Shown one piece after another: positions 1 through 9,572 of a stretch of DNA of 32,000 bases (its first letter is position 1; each line of letters opens with the position of its first letter). The translations under genes and the position numbers were made by a program. Source of the stretch: Bacillus subtilis subsp. subtilis str. 168 (GTDB lineage: Bacteria > Bacillota > Bacilli > Bacillales > Bacillaceae); NCBI RefSeq assembly GCF_000009045.1, contig NC_000964.3, positions 3,270,001 to 3,302,000 of the forward strand. Direction: 5' to 3'. A model generated the notes under the pieces. The model was not told where the DNA came from and searched no databases. It saw only the letters and a program-made list of their open reading frames with translations.

Positions 1-3000
1 CTGAATCTCAGGCTCCTGTCTTTGGTACGGGAGAGGAATGACATTTTGCTCAGACTTTTTCATCAGCAGAATCGCGTGGCGGATTTGCTTCATCTCAGTC
101 GTCAAGGAGTCATAGCCTTTTGAGAATTCGCTGTGGTTTCCGCCCGGGATAAAGCTGAACCCAAGATGAGCGTATGATTTCATGAAGTTAGCGAGACGAT
201 CTTGTATTCTCGTATCAATCGTCTGCTGGAATCTCGTTATCCCGTCAATCATCAGCACGACTTGTGAGAATCGCAGATTTTGTGCGTCTCCTTGGCGGAC
301 GGCTTCTACATACATGGCTTCTCTTGTTTTGAAAATGTCTTCTGCTGTTTCAATCCACTGCTCAATATCTTCTTTCGTTTCCAAATATGAAACATCTGAT
401 TCCTTCGCATAATGAGATAAGCCGCGGTCAATCGAGTCAAACAGGCCGATCATTTCGGTTTCATCATCAATCAGATGTTCAAGCATGACTTTTAGGACGT
501 TTGTTTTCCCGCGCTGAGTTTGGCCTAAAATCAGGCAGTGCTTATGCTTGCCCAAATCAAAATAGACTGGGCTGACTGTTTCTTCATGAAGCCCGATCGG
601 TACAGATAAAGGCTTGCGTTCCAGCTTGAAGCGGATAGACAATTCTCTCGTCGACAAGCTCTCAGGCAGCATCGGAATCGGTGCCGGCTGCTCCATTGAA
701 GCAAATCGCCCTTGAAGTTTCTGTACGTCTGATTTCAGCTCGTTGAACATGCCGATATCATCATCGGCGTCAACAGGCAGGAACATTTGCGCGAAATAAA
801 GCTCTTCCTTTTGAATGATGACGCGTCCCGGAATCGGCTCAAGATTGAATTTCGGACGGCCGTAAATGGAATATCCTTCTGATTGATCCATGAGATAATG
901 GACAATCTTTGTTTTCAAGTTATTTAACAATGACTGGCGGACAGCATTCACCCGCGTTGCTGTCAGCATAAAGTAGATACCCAAGCTTTGTCCGTCTCTG
1001 GAAAGCTGGACAAATTCCGATTCAAGCTCATGCATCTCATCCTTGACAATGTCAAAGTTGTCAATGGTGATAAAAATGAATGGAAGCTCTTCTTCGCTCA
1101 GCGCATTGTACATTTTGATGTGGCTGATTTCTTTTTCCCGGAACAAACGTTTACGGCGGTCAATTTCTTCTTTGATGCGAATCATGAACTTTTCAATTTT
1201 CCTTGACTGGTCCATCAGGAAGTAATCCGCGGTATGCGGGAGCTTCGCTAATGGCAGCAGCGTTCCGTTTCCGAAATCAAAGATATAGACATGAAGCTCT
1301 TCAGGTGTGTATACGTCCGCAAAACTCATCAGGAACGTTGCGGCTGCAATCGATTTTCCGTAGCCCGAAGAGCCGAAGATGCCGATATTTCCATCTTCCA
1401 TCATCTTATAAGCAATTGGCGCCTGTCTTTGCAGATCAGGTTCATCGACATACGCAAAGTGGAAATGGTCTTTTTCGTTTGAAGGGAAAAGAGTGCGCGG
1501 AATACGTTCCGCAAGCGGCGGCAGCCAAGGGCTTGGCAGCTTCTCGATTCCCATTTCATCTTGGATGCGTTCAATTTCGTCAACTACAGCTTCGATTTCG
1601 GTTTGAACGTCTTTTTTCGCGTTATCTTCGGTATCAACCTCAGAAAGCGGGATCAGACCCGTATCTGTGACGATCGCGATTTCATCCTCGGTACCGTAGA
1701 CTTCCTCTAAGTAAGGCGCCCCGCTCCATGCAGATTGGAACAGCTCATACACTTCATTGTTTCCGACCTGCAAATAGCCGCGGCCTGTTACGGTAATGTT
1801 TGCGGCATCGCTGTTTTTCAAAATTTCTTTACTGTCGGTGGCATCCTGGACCTTGAGCGCTACTTTAAAGCGCGAGTTACTCCAGATCTGGTCGTCGATG
1901 ATGCCGCCTGGCTTCTGTGTCGCCAAAATCAAATGAACGCCGAGGCTTCGTCCGATACGCGCGGCACTGACAAGCTCCCTGATAAAATCAGGCTCCTCGC
2001 TTTTCAGCTCGGCAAACTCATCAGAAATTAAGAACAAGTGAGGCATCGCCACTTCTGCTTTCCCTTGCTTGTATAGCTTTGTATAGTCATTGATGTGATT
2101 GACTTGATACTGGTCAAACAGGCGCTGCCTTTTTTTTAGCTCGCTTTTAATGGAAGCAAGCGCACGCATACTGAAGTTTTTGCTTCCTTCAATATTTGTG
2201 ATCGTGCCGAGGAGGTGGGGAATGTTACGGAACGGCTGCGCCATTCCTCCGCCTTTATAGTCAATTAGTAAGAAAGCCGCTTCATGCGGATGAAAATGCA
2301 CTGCAAGTGACAAGATGTAGGTCTGGAGAAATTCACTTTTCCCTGATCCCGTTGTCCCCGCAAGCAAGCCGTGCGGACCGTGTGCTTTTTCGTGAAGGTT
2401 CAGATACACAATGTCATCTTTCCCTTTATAGCCGATCGGCACTGACAGCGACTTCGACGATTCACTTGTCAGCCATCTTTGCTGAATGCCGATTTCTTTT
2501 ACTTCCTTCGCATGAAAAAGCTCCAGGAACGATACCGTTTCCGGAATGGAATTCGTAATGCCGACCTGGTGGTTCAGCGTCCGCAGTGTGCGTGAAAACC
2601 GTTCGTTATCCTCACGCTGATGATGATCGAGACGGAACGGAATTCTTACCGCTTTTTTCTTTTGTATTAAAATGTCGCCTTCATGCTCATTAATGTAGCG
2701 GACAAGAGTTGTAATGTTTTCCGACAAGCTTTCCTTTGTTTCTGCAGCGACAATTGTCGAGATGCCCAGATGCTCATGCTGCCCTTCTAAATATTCGAGA
2801 ATGACATGCTCAGAGATCAGCTGCTGATTCGTGATGACAAATACAAAATGCGGTTTGAACTGCAGTTTTTCTTTGTCATCTTCGAGATCACGCTCTCTGA
2901 TCAATTCGTAAAGTGAAGACAGGAGCTGATCTCGGGTTTGCTCATTATAAATAAATCCTTTTGCATAAATATGGGGCATTTGAAATTGCGGAAGCCACTT

Positions 3001-4401
3001 CATCCACTCCCAGTCTTTATACTCTTCTTCATGAAAAATAAATACGAAACGCAAATCGTGATAGCTGTTAAAGAACGACAGCTGTCCGATTAGCTGGTGA
3101 ATCTCATTTTTCACAATTTGTGATTTACCGACAAGCCCCATCGGACCTTCTGCCAAATCGACCGTCACCGGCGCATTACGGATATCTTTATAGACGCGTT
3201 GCATGTGCTGCGATTTCTCCATGAGGTCATCGATATCACGATTCGCCAAGTCTCCGCCACTCATATTGATTTCATAGCTTGACGGAACTGTTCCCGTCCC
3301 AAGCCGCAGCTGGAGATAATCCTTGCTTTCAAGTGATTTTTCCCAGATCCGGTCACTGATTTCACTTGTTAAGTATTTCATTTGTTCAAATGAAGGAAAG
3401 TGAAATTCAAGAACCTGCTTTTGCTTTTCAGCAAGTGCCTGAAGCTCTTTCCGCTTATTGTCTAAGTAAAGCTTATATACACGCTCCCGTTTTTCCTCGC
3501 GTTTTTTCCGCTGGTTTTTATCACGGAAATATTGCACTGTCGAGGTAATGAGAGTCATCATAAACATCGCCAAAGAAACGAGTATAAATATGCCGCGCGG
3601 CTGGATGATGGCAACTACGCCCATCACGATCAGCATCACAAGCGGAGGCAGGATGACGAGCCACAGCCCTCTGTTGGTTTGATCGCTCTCCTGAGAGGGA
3701 AAACTGAAAGAAACGCGGTCATCCGGCAGATCGTATACCATCCGCGGCGTTCTTCTGTACTGCGGATATTTTTTCTGCATCTCTGTACTCGGTTTGACCG
3801 TTTCTGTTAACGCTGTTTCAAACTGGGCATAATGAACAATTTCTAAAAGGTCTTGTTCCGTCACCCTCATTTGCGTGAAGTTCCAGAATATTTCATCCCC
3901 CGGCTTGAGCGGCGTATTGGCGTTGATTTTCTCTCCGTTCAAGAAGATCGTTCCGCTTTCAGGGCGGACCGACCAGCTGCCGCCTGCACGGAGCAAAGAA
4001 AACGTGCTTTGTTCTGCAAATGCAAAATCTTGCGGATTCAGATAAATATCTGCATTCGTTTTTTCTGAGGAACATACAATTTCATCCCGATTTCCCGTAA
4101 AATAAACGGATTTCTCAGGTTCACTGCCCGTCAATATCAAGCGTATATCCTGCTGATCCGTTTGGAGAGTAAATGATATATCCGTCTCAATCGTGCCGAG
4201 ACAATCATTTCCCAGGAAAACTTCGTATTGGCCGCCGGATTCCTTTCTTTTAAGAGAAATCACTCCGCTATTAAATGGAATGGTGCTGATCGTAACAGAA
4301 TCCTTCACATCAGGCCCTATGGTCACCGGATGAGACGACGGGAGGTTAGACAGATTTAATTTTTGAACGTTATTTTGGTAAAAAACCCATAATAGACTCA
4401 A
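1..4401 (-). CDS. essC (yukB): Type VII secretion FtsK/SpoIIIE-type ATPase EssC/YukB; C-terminus truncated by the left edge
   Basis: Continuous minus-strand frame through the left edge. TTG start at 4401 (TTG AGT CTA TTA TGG) preceded by AAGGGGG. N-terminal FHA-like region, two TM-like stretches, and P-loop motifs GTTGSGKSE (~2350), GSSGYGKS (~1360) and GQTQRGKTN (~520). Immediately downstream of essB. Not in the ORF track because it is open at the edge. Confidence 0.95.
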   Translation of the reverse strand, partial: MSLLWVFYQNNVQKLNLSNLPSSHPVTIGPDVKDSVTISTIPFNSGVISLKRKESGGQYEVFLGNDCLGTIETDISFTLQTDQQDIRLILTGSEPEKSVYFTGNRDEIVCSSEKTNADIYLNPQDFAFAEQSTFSLLRAGGSWSVRPESGTIFLNGEKINANTPLKPGDEIFWNFTQMRVTEQDLLEIVHYAQFETALTETVKPSTEMQKKYPQYRRTPRMVYDLPDDRVSFSFPSQESDQTNRGLWLVILPPLVMLIVMGVVAIIQPRGIFILVSLAMFMMTLITSTVQYFRDKNQRKKREEKRERVYKLYLDNKRKELQALAEKQKQVLEFHFPSFEQMKYLTSEISDRIWEKSLESKDYLQLRLGTGTVPSSYEINMSGGDLANRDIDDLMEKSQHMQRVYKDIRNAPVTVDLAEGPMGLVGKSQIVKNEIHQLIGQLSFFNSYHDLRFVFIFHEEEYKDWEWMKWLPQFQMPHIYAKGFIYNEQTRDQLLSSLYELIRERDLEDDKEKLQFKPHFVFVITNQQLISEHVILEYLEGQHEHLGISTIVAAETKESLSENITTLVRYINEHEGDILIQKKKAVRIPFRLDHHQREDNERFSRTLRTLNHQVGITNSIPETVSFLELFHAKEVKEIGIQQRWLTSESSKSLSVPIGYKGKDDIVYLNLHEKAHGPHGLLAGTTGSGKSEFLQTYILSLAVHFHPHEAAFLLIDYKGGGMAQPFRNIPHLLGTITNIEGSKNFSMRALASIKSELKKRQRLFDQYQVNHINDYTKLYKQGKAEVAMPHLFLISDEFAELKSEEPDFIRELVSAARIGRSLGVHLILATQKPGGIIDDQIWSNSRFKVALKVQDATDSKEILKNSDAANITVTGRGYLQVGNNEVYELFQSAWSGAPYLEEVYGTEDEIAIVTDTGLIPLSEVDTEDNAKKDVQTEIEAVVDEIERIQDEMGIEKLPSPWLPPLAERIPRTLFPSNEKDHFHFAYVDEPDLQRQAPIAYKMMEDGNIGIFGSSGYGKSIAAATFLMSFADVYTPEELHVYIFDFGNGTLLPLAKLPHTADYFLMDQSRKIEKFMIRIKEEIDRRKRLFREKEISHIKMYNALSEEELPFIFITIDNFDIVKDEMHELESEFVQLSRDGQSLGIYFMLTATRVNAVRQSLLNNLKTKIVHYLMDQSEGYSIYGRPKFNLEPIPGRVIIQKEELYFAQMFLPVDADDDIGMFNELKSDVQKLQGRFASMEQPAPIPMLPESLSTRELSIRFKLERKPLSVPIGLHEETVSPVYFDLGKHKHCLILGQTQRGKTNVLKVMLEHLIDDETEMIGLFDSIDRGLSHYAKESDVSYLETKEDIEQWIETAEDIFKTREAMYVEAVRQGDAQNLRFSQVVLMIDGITRFQQTIDTRIQDRLANFMKSYAHLGFSFIPGGNHSEFSKGYDSLTTEMKQIRHAILLMKKSEQNVIPLPYQRQEPEIQ

Positions 4402-4461
4402 ATGGCGAACCCCCTTACGGCCGAATGGCAGCATGCGATGACCTGCGCTTCATGTCTCACG

Positions 4462-5817
4462 TTATTTGTCATCTTTTTTCTCATCTTTCTTTTCTGTTTC
4501 TTTTTTCTCGTCTTCTTTTTCCTTCTGTTCTTCTTTTTTCGCTTTTTCCTCGGCTGCGGCTTTTTCTTCTGCCGCTTTCTCTTCTGCTTGTTTTTCTTCG
4601 TCTGTTTGTGTCTGTTCTTCGCTTGTATCGACTAACGATGTTTCAGAATTAGACTGTTTATTTTCTTGACGTTCTTTTTGGGCTTTTTCAAGCTCACTAT
4701 TTACTGAATCAAGTTCTTTTTGTATGTCTTCATCATTTGTATCCTCAGATAAAAGCTGCTGTTTATATTTAGCTAGGGCAAAGTAAATATAATCATTGTA
4801 TTCCAGCTTACGGCCGATACTGATCGCTTCTTTGTATTCTCCTCGACCATAATCAATCCAATATAAGAAATGCTGAGGGTCTGATTGAAGGGTGACTAAA
4901 TTATTTTCTATATTTTTGGTTTTTGCACTCCCCAGGTTTTCGACCTCAACATAGGACGTCGCCAGCTGATACTGCACCGATTCAGGCAGGCTTTCCGCAT
5001 CGTACTTGGACAGTGTGCTGATGACTTCACTGTACTGCTTGTTTAAGAACGCACGGTTGCTGTCCACTATCGCCTGGTGCTTTGGCTGCGCGAAAAATAA
5101 GGCGTACATCGAATAAATAAGTGCCGGTACAAGCAAAACAATGAGCCCCAGGCCGATATATCGCTGGATGTTCCACTTCTTTCTCGGGATATGTATGTAT
5201 GTTTTTGCTTTGGCTTCGAGCTCATCAATATGGGTTTGAATCAGCTCGAGCAAATCATCATAGGATTCAGCATCTAATATCGCCTTTGCCTCTGCGGAGA
5301 ACGTCAGCGTTTCATTGAATTTCAGGTAGTCTTCAAACGCAAAAGCGCCGTCAACTGCCAAAGCCGCTGCCGCTTTCAGCTCCTGCCATACTCTTTCCTC
5401 ATCACGCTCGTAAGGAGGAATGCTTTCTTTTACTCCATAATGGAGAAAATAAGGCGTAAGCCCTTTATCGAATACAATGTTTTCAGGAGCGACAATCAAA
5501 TTCAGCCTCGACAGATTGTGCTGCTGTACGGCTTGAACAAGCTGATAGGCAAACTGCCATTTACTTTTTTTATCCTTAGCTTTCATGAAGCGGAATGCTT
5601 TATAGGAGGAGGGAGGTTGGATTGTGATGATTACTTCATCATCCGTCACATCGATTTCTTTATGAAAAAATGGATTTATATCTTTGATCACGTTAGCTTC
5701 AAGACCGTCGAGAAGCTTTATTTTTTCCCGTTGAAAGGTAAATGTATAGCCGGCATCTGTTTTCTCGGCAACAGCTTCTAATTGGTTTTCTAAATATGAT
5801 TTTTGTTCACCTGACAT
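4462..5817 (-). CDS. essB (yukC): Type VII secretion pseudokinase-like membrane protein EssB/YukC (451 aa)
   Basis: Track ORF MSGEQKSYLENQLEAVAEKTD...; single TM (YIGLGLIVLLVPALIYSMYALFF); charged Lys/Glu-rich C-tail; gene order. Confidence 0.96.
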   Translation of the reverse strand: MSGEQKSYLENQLEAVAEKTDAGYTFTFQREKIKLLDGLEANVIKDINPFFHKEIDVTDDEVIITIQPPSSYKAFRFMKAKDKKSKWQFAYQLVQAVQQHNLSRLNLIVAPENIVFDKGLTPYFLHYGVKESIPPYERDEERVWQELKAAAALAVDGAFAFEDYLKFNETLTFSAEAKAILDAESYDDLLELIQTHIDELEAKAKTYIHIPRKKWNIQRYIGLGLIVLLVPALIYSMYALFFAQPKHQAIVDSNRAFLNKQYSEVISTLSKYDAESLPESVQYQLATSYVEVENLGSAKTKNIENNLVTLQSDPQHFLYWIDYGRGEYKEAISIGRKLEYNDYIYFALAKYKQQLLSEDTNDEDIQKELDSVNSELEKAQKERQENKQSNSETSLVDTSEEQTQTDEEKQAEEKAAEEKAAAEEKAKKEEQKEKEDEKKETEKKDEKKDDK

Positions 5818-5831
5818 TCAACCAGATCCTT

Positions 5832-6071
5832 TCATAATATTTCAAGCCGGTCTCCGTTTGTAATGCCGCAATCAGACAGCTTGCATTCTCCGGAAAACAC
5901 CTTATCCTTGTTCACCACTCTGATCCAGTGCCCTTCGCGCGGAGGCATAGATACGCTTTGGGCCTGCCAAGCAATATCAATTACTTTTTTCACCGGGTGG
6001 TAATCTGACAATCTGAGATCAAAGACACTGCCGTTATAATGTTTCAAATCTATTGTAATATCAATATACAT
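5832..6071 (-). CDS. esaB (yukD): Ubiquitin-like type VII secretion component EsaB/YukD (79 aa)
   Basis: ORF MYIDITIDLKHYNGSVFDLRLSDYHPVKKVIDIAWQ...; size and position between esxA and essB. Confidence 0.96.
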   Translation of the reverse strand: MYIDITIDLKHYNGSVFDLRLSDYHPVKKVIDIAWQAQSVSMPPREGHWIRVVNKDKVFSGECKLSDCGITNGDRLEIL

Positions 6072-6140
6072 TTAGGATCACCCTTACATAGAAAGAGCGC
6101 CGTCTTCTTTTGAATCAGGCGCTCCTTCCCTTTCATACTG

Positions 6141-6434
6141 TTATCCGCGGATTTGATTTGCGATGTCTTGGTCAGTAGACTCAAGTGTATTTGCTGTTTG
6201 ATCAAGCTGCTGATTCACATCTTGAAGCAAATCTGACATTTTGATAAATGAAGGTTTGAGCTGCTCGTATTGATCTGCGAACGCTTCGCTTGAAGCACCT
6301 TCCCACATGCTTTTCAAATCAGAGATCATTCGGTTTAAACGATCAACCTGATTTAATACTTCTTGGCTTTCAACGCCGTATTGCTTCGCCATCGCTCTTA
6401 GCTCTTCGGGTGTGACACGAATTAATCCTGCCAT
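6141..6434 (-). CDS. esxA (yukE): WXG100 family secreted protein EsxA/YukE (97 aa)
   Basis: MAGLIRVTPEELRAMAKQYG...MWEGASSEAF (WXG motif). Track ORF starts 8 codons earlier (6458), but AGGAGG lies inside that extension, just upstream of the ATG at 6434. Confidence 0.96.
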   Translation of the reverse strand: MAGLIRVTPEELRAMAKQYGVESQEVLNQVDRLNRMISDLKSMWEGASSEAFADQYEQLKPSFIKMSDLLQDVNQQLDQTANTLESTDQDIANQIRG

Positions 6435-6501
6435 ATTCCTCATTACCTCCTGTGCCATCAGCCTAAATATGGGCTAATTCACTTATTTTTAGAACGTCAT
6501 T

Positions 6502-6531
6502 ATTATAAAAACAGTTTTTCGGCATAGTCAA
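6502..6531 (-). promoter_or_regulatory. Putative sigma-A promoter for the esxA-esaB-essB-essC operon
   Basis: Minus strand TTGACT (6531-6526), 18-nt spacer, TATAAT (6507-6502); about 70 nt upstream of the esxA ATG. Confidence 0.65.
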
Positions 6532-6682
6532 ACAAATATGTTTTAATTTTACAAAATGAGTCCAATGGTTTACCCCGAATCACTCAAAAATGACATATAC
6601 TGTAAAGTAAATAGGTTTATTTTCTTAATCTTCTCTTCATTCTCCGAATAATCCAAAAGACCCAAATAACTCTCCAACTCCC

Positions 6683-6735
6683 AAAAAAAACCTTTCAGAA
6701 AATTTGATGCTACAGCACCATTTCTGAAAGGTTCA
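6683..6735 (-). terminator. Rho-independent terminator-like hairpin in the esxA-adeR intergenic region
   Basis: Arms AACCTTTCAGAAA (6689-6701) and TTTCTGAAAGGTT (6721-6733), perfect 13 bp; on the minus strand followed immediately by a T run (ggttttttttggg). Weaker T tract on plus. Confidence 0.8.
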
Positions 6736-6804
6736 GTTTTTTCTTTCCTTAATTAGTCTTGCCTCCGATGACTTTCTTAGAAGATTAATAGGATAAGCTG
6801 TCGT

Positions 6805-6833
6805 ATTATATGAGACATACACTGTCCTGCAAA
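6805..6833 (-). promoter_or_regulatory. Putative minus-strand promoter upstream of the orphan terminator
   Basis: Minus strand TTTGCA (6833-6828), 17 nt, TATAAT (6810-6805). Confidence 0.45.
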
Positions 6834-6954
6834 AAGGCGATTACACCGCCAAATGTATATAGAACGTTTCTCTCATGAAATTGTTTTTTTGCTTCTGTTC
6901 TTTGTTGTTGATTTTCACAAACAACAACAATCATAATAAAAGGAAGGGGATGAG

Positions 6955-8223
6955 ATGTCAAAGAGAAATCAAGCACGAAAAGTAGGGAGATTTATGACCA
7001 TGCCGAATGATCCGTTTAAATATAGTTTTGACAGACTTGAAGATGTGGCTGATCATATCAGCGACGTTCTGCGGTGCCCGATCACCATAGAGGATGTTAA
7101 CCACAAGCTGCTTGCCTACAGTACACACAGCGACTGCACAGACCCTGCCCGGACGTCTACCATTATTGGCAGAAGGGTACCGGAGAAGGTGATTAACAAG
7201 CTGTGGAAAGACGGGACAATTCCTGCTCTCTTAAAAACGGACCAGCCGATCAGAGTCAAGCAAATCGATGAAGTCGGGCTGAGCAATCGCGTCGCTATTT
7301 CGATTTGGAAAAACAAGCAAGTACTTGGCTTCATATGGGCGCTTGAGATCCAAAAAACATTGTCCGATGAAGATCTGCTGACATTGCAAATGGCAGCAAA
7401 AGCAGTGAAAAACAAGCTTCTCAAACTTCAAATCAGAAAAACGAAAAATGAAGAACGCAGCCAAGAATTTTTCTGGAAAATGCTGACCGGACACATCCAT
7501 CAGGAGGATGATATGGCGGATGGGTTCCATAAGCTTGGAATGGCCGCTCCTTCAGAGTTTTCCGTTATGATCATCCGCATAAATGGCGAGCTGACTGAAA
7601 AAATCGAACAGCAGCTGCAATATTTACAGGAAACGACCCAGCAGGTTTACGTGCTGCTGGCGACCGTAGATTCCAATGAACTTATTATATTAACCTCACC
7701 CAAAACAGATCATCCTTTTCAAGATTTAAAACAGTTTGCTTTAAGTACGCAAAAACAGCTGAAGGAGCGGTATAAAATAGAAGACGTTTCTATCGCTTTT
7801 GGCGGAATATACAACTCTATTTCTTTTGTCTCCCGCTCCTATCAGGAAGCATTGTCCGTCTTAAAAACGAAGGAACGGTTCGCTGAAGAGACCAAACATC
7901 TTTTCAGCTTTTCTGAGTTAGGCATTTATCAATACTTAGATGTCTTAAATGAAAAACGGAAACAGGCGGGCCATTATAATTACTCGCTTTCCAAACTGGA
8001 ACAATATGACCGGGATCACCAGTCAAATATGGTAGAGACGCTAGAGCGCTTTATTGAAGCGGACAGCAACGTGAATACCGCTTCCAAGCTGTTAAATATA
8101 CACGTTAATACGTTGAATTACCGACTCAAGCGGATCAGCCAGATCGCTGAAATTGATTTGAAAAATGTGAATCAAAAATTCACCATCTATTTAGATATCA
8201 AACTTCGGCACATGGATTTGTGA
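6955..8223 (+). CDS. adeR: PucR-type transcriptional activator AdeR/YukF (422 aa)
   Basis: [29 protein letters not shown]...; C-terminal PucR-type HTH ([21 protein letters not shown]); GGAAGGGGATG RBS; directly upstream of ald. Confidence 0.95.
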   Translation: MSKRNQARKVGRFMTMPNDPFKYSFDRLEDVADHISDVLRCPITIEDVNHKLLAYSTHSDCTDPARTSTIIGRRVPEKVINKLWKDGTIPALLKTDQPIRVKQIDEVGLSNRVAISIWKNKQVLGFIWALEIQKTLSDEDLLTLQMAAKAVKNKLLKLQIRKTKNEERSQEFFWKMLTGHIHQEDDMADGFHKLGMAAPSEFSVMIIRINGELTEKIEQQLQYLQETTQQVYVLLATVDSNELIILTSPKTDHPFQDLKQFALSTQKQLKERYKIEDVSIAFGGIYNSISFVSRSYQEALSVLKTKERFAEETKHLFSFSELGIYQYLDVLNEKRKQAGHYNYSLSKLEQYDRDHQSNMVETLERFIEADSNVNTASKLLNIHVNTLNYRLKRISQIAEIDLKNVNQKFTIYLDIKLRHMDL

Positions 8224-8241
8224 AATTTCACAAATCCATGT
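8210..8241 (+). terminator. Perfect 32-bp palindrome over the adeR stop codon followed by a T run; terminator and possible operator
   Basis: ACATGGATTTGTGAAA|TTTCACAAATCCATGT (16-bp arms) then TTTTTTATT. Confidence 0.75.
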
Positions 8242-8324
8242 TTTTTTATTTTCTTAATCAAACAAAGAATTTTCCAAAATATCAAGCTACACTAAAAATA
8301 TCACATATACAGGAGGAGACAGAT

Positions 8325-9461
8325 ATGATCATAGGGGTTCCTAAAGAGATAAAAAACAATGAAAACCGTGTCGCATTAACACCCGGGGGCGTTTCTCAGC
8401 TCATTTCAAACGGCCACCGGGTGCTGGTTGAAACAGGCGCGGGCCTTGGAAGCGGATTTGAAAATGAAGCCTATGAGTCAGCAGGAGCGGAAATCATTGC
8501 TGATCCGAAGCAGGTCTGGGACGCCGAAATGGTCATGAAAGTAAAAGAACCGCTGCCGGAAGAATATGTTTATTTTCGCAAAGGACTTGTGCTGTTTACG
8601 TACCTTCATTTAGCAGCTGAGCCTGAGCTTGCACAGGCCTTGAAGGATAAAGGAGTAACTGCCATCGCATATGAAACGGTCAGTGAAGGCCGGACATTGC
8701 CTCTTCTGACGCCAATGTCAGAGGTTGCGGGCAGAATGGCAGCGCAAATCGGCGCTCAATTCTTAGAAAAGCCTAAAGGCGGAAAAGGCATTCTGCTTGC
8801 CGGGGTGCCTGGCGTTTCCCGCGGAAAAGTAACAATTATCGGAGGAGGCGTTGTCGGGACAAACGCGGCGAAAATGGCTGTCGGCCTCGGTGCAGATGTG
8901 ACGATCATTGACTTAAACGCAGACCGCTTGCGCCAGCTTGATGACATCTTCGGCCATCAGATTAAAACGTTAATTTCTAATCCGGTCAATATTGCTGATG
9001 CTGTGGCGGAAGCGGATCTCCTCATTTGCGCGGTATTAATTCCGGGTGCTAAAGCTCCGACTCTTGTCACTGAGGAAATGGTAAAACAAATGAAACCCGG
9101 TTCAGTTATTGTTGATGTAGCGATCGACCAAGGCGGCATCGTCGAAACTGTCGACCATATCACAACACATGATCAGCCAACATATGAAAAACACGGGGTT
9201 GTGCATTATGCTGTAGCGAACATGCCAGGCGCAGTCCCTCGTACATCAACAATCGCCCTGACTAACGTTACTGTTCCATACGCGCTGCAAATCGCGAACA
9301 AAGGGGCAGTAAAAGCGCTCGCAGACAATACGGCACTGAGAGCGGGTTTAAACACCGCAAACGGACACGTGACCTATGAAGCTGTAGCAAGAGATCTAGG
9401 CTATGAGTATGTTCCTGCCGAGAAAGCTTTACAGGATGAATCATCTGTGGCGGGTGCTTAA
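8325..9461 (+). CDS. ald: L-alanine dehydrogenase (378 aa)
   Basis: [27 protein letters not shown]..., [20 protein letters not shown] nucleotide-binding motif; RBS AGGAGGAG 5 nt upstream. Track start 8220 is an extension reaching into adeR. Confidence 0.98.
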   Translation: MIIGVPKEIKNNENRVALTPGGVSQLISNGHRVLVETGAGLGSGFENEAYESAGAEIIADPKQVWDAEMVMKVKEPLPEEYVYFRKGLVLFTYLHLAAEPELAQALKDKGVTAIAYETVSEGRTLPLLTPMSEVAGRMAAQIGAQFLEKPKGGKGILLAGVPGVSRGKVTIIGGGVVGTNAAKMAVGLGADVTIIDLNADRLRQLDDIFGHQIKTLISNPVNIADAVAEADLLICAVLIPGAKAPTLVTEEMVKQMKPGSVIVDVAIDQGGIVETVDHITTHDQPTYEKHGVVHYAVANMPGAVPRTSTIALTNVTVPYALQIANKGAVKALADNTALRAGLNTANGHVTYEAVARDLGYEYVPAEKALQDESSVAGA

Positions 9462-9470
9462 TTCACAATA

Positions 9471-9504
9471 AGCTTGCAGAAAGATTTCTGCAGGCTTTTT
9501 TATT
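9471..9504 (+). terminator. Rho-independent terminator of ald
   Basis: agcttgcagaaa...tttctgcaggct stem followed by ttttatttttt. Confidence 0.85.
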
Positions 9505-9572
9505 TTTTAAAAGGAAAAAAGAGACCATTTCACGAATTATGACTATGAAGTTGATCATAAAGGAGGATTCAT

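Noticed and set aside
4402-5781. Plus-strand ORFs over essB (4402..4635, 4425..4652, 5440..5781)
   Set aside because: Low-complexity Phe/Leu-rich or antisense translations of the Lys/Glu tail and body of EssB.
6435-6458. Eight-codon N-terminal extension of esxA (MAQEVMRN) in the ORF track
   Set aside because: The AGGAGG RBS for the internal ATG lies inside the extension, and WXG100 proteins of this family start at MAGLIRVTPEEL.
8220-8324. ald extension to 8220 ([16 protein letters not shown]...)
   Set aside because: Overlaps the adeR stop and terminator palindrome; a strong AGGAGG precedes the ATG at 8325, and alanine dehydrogenases begin MIIGVPKE.
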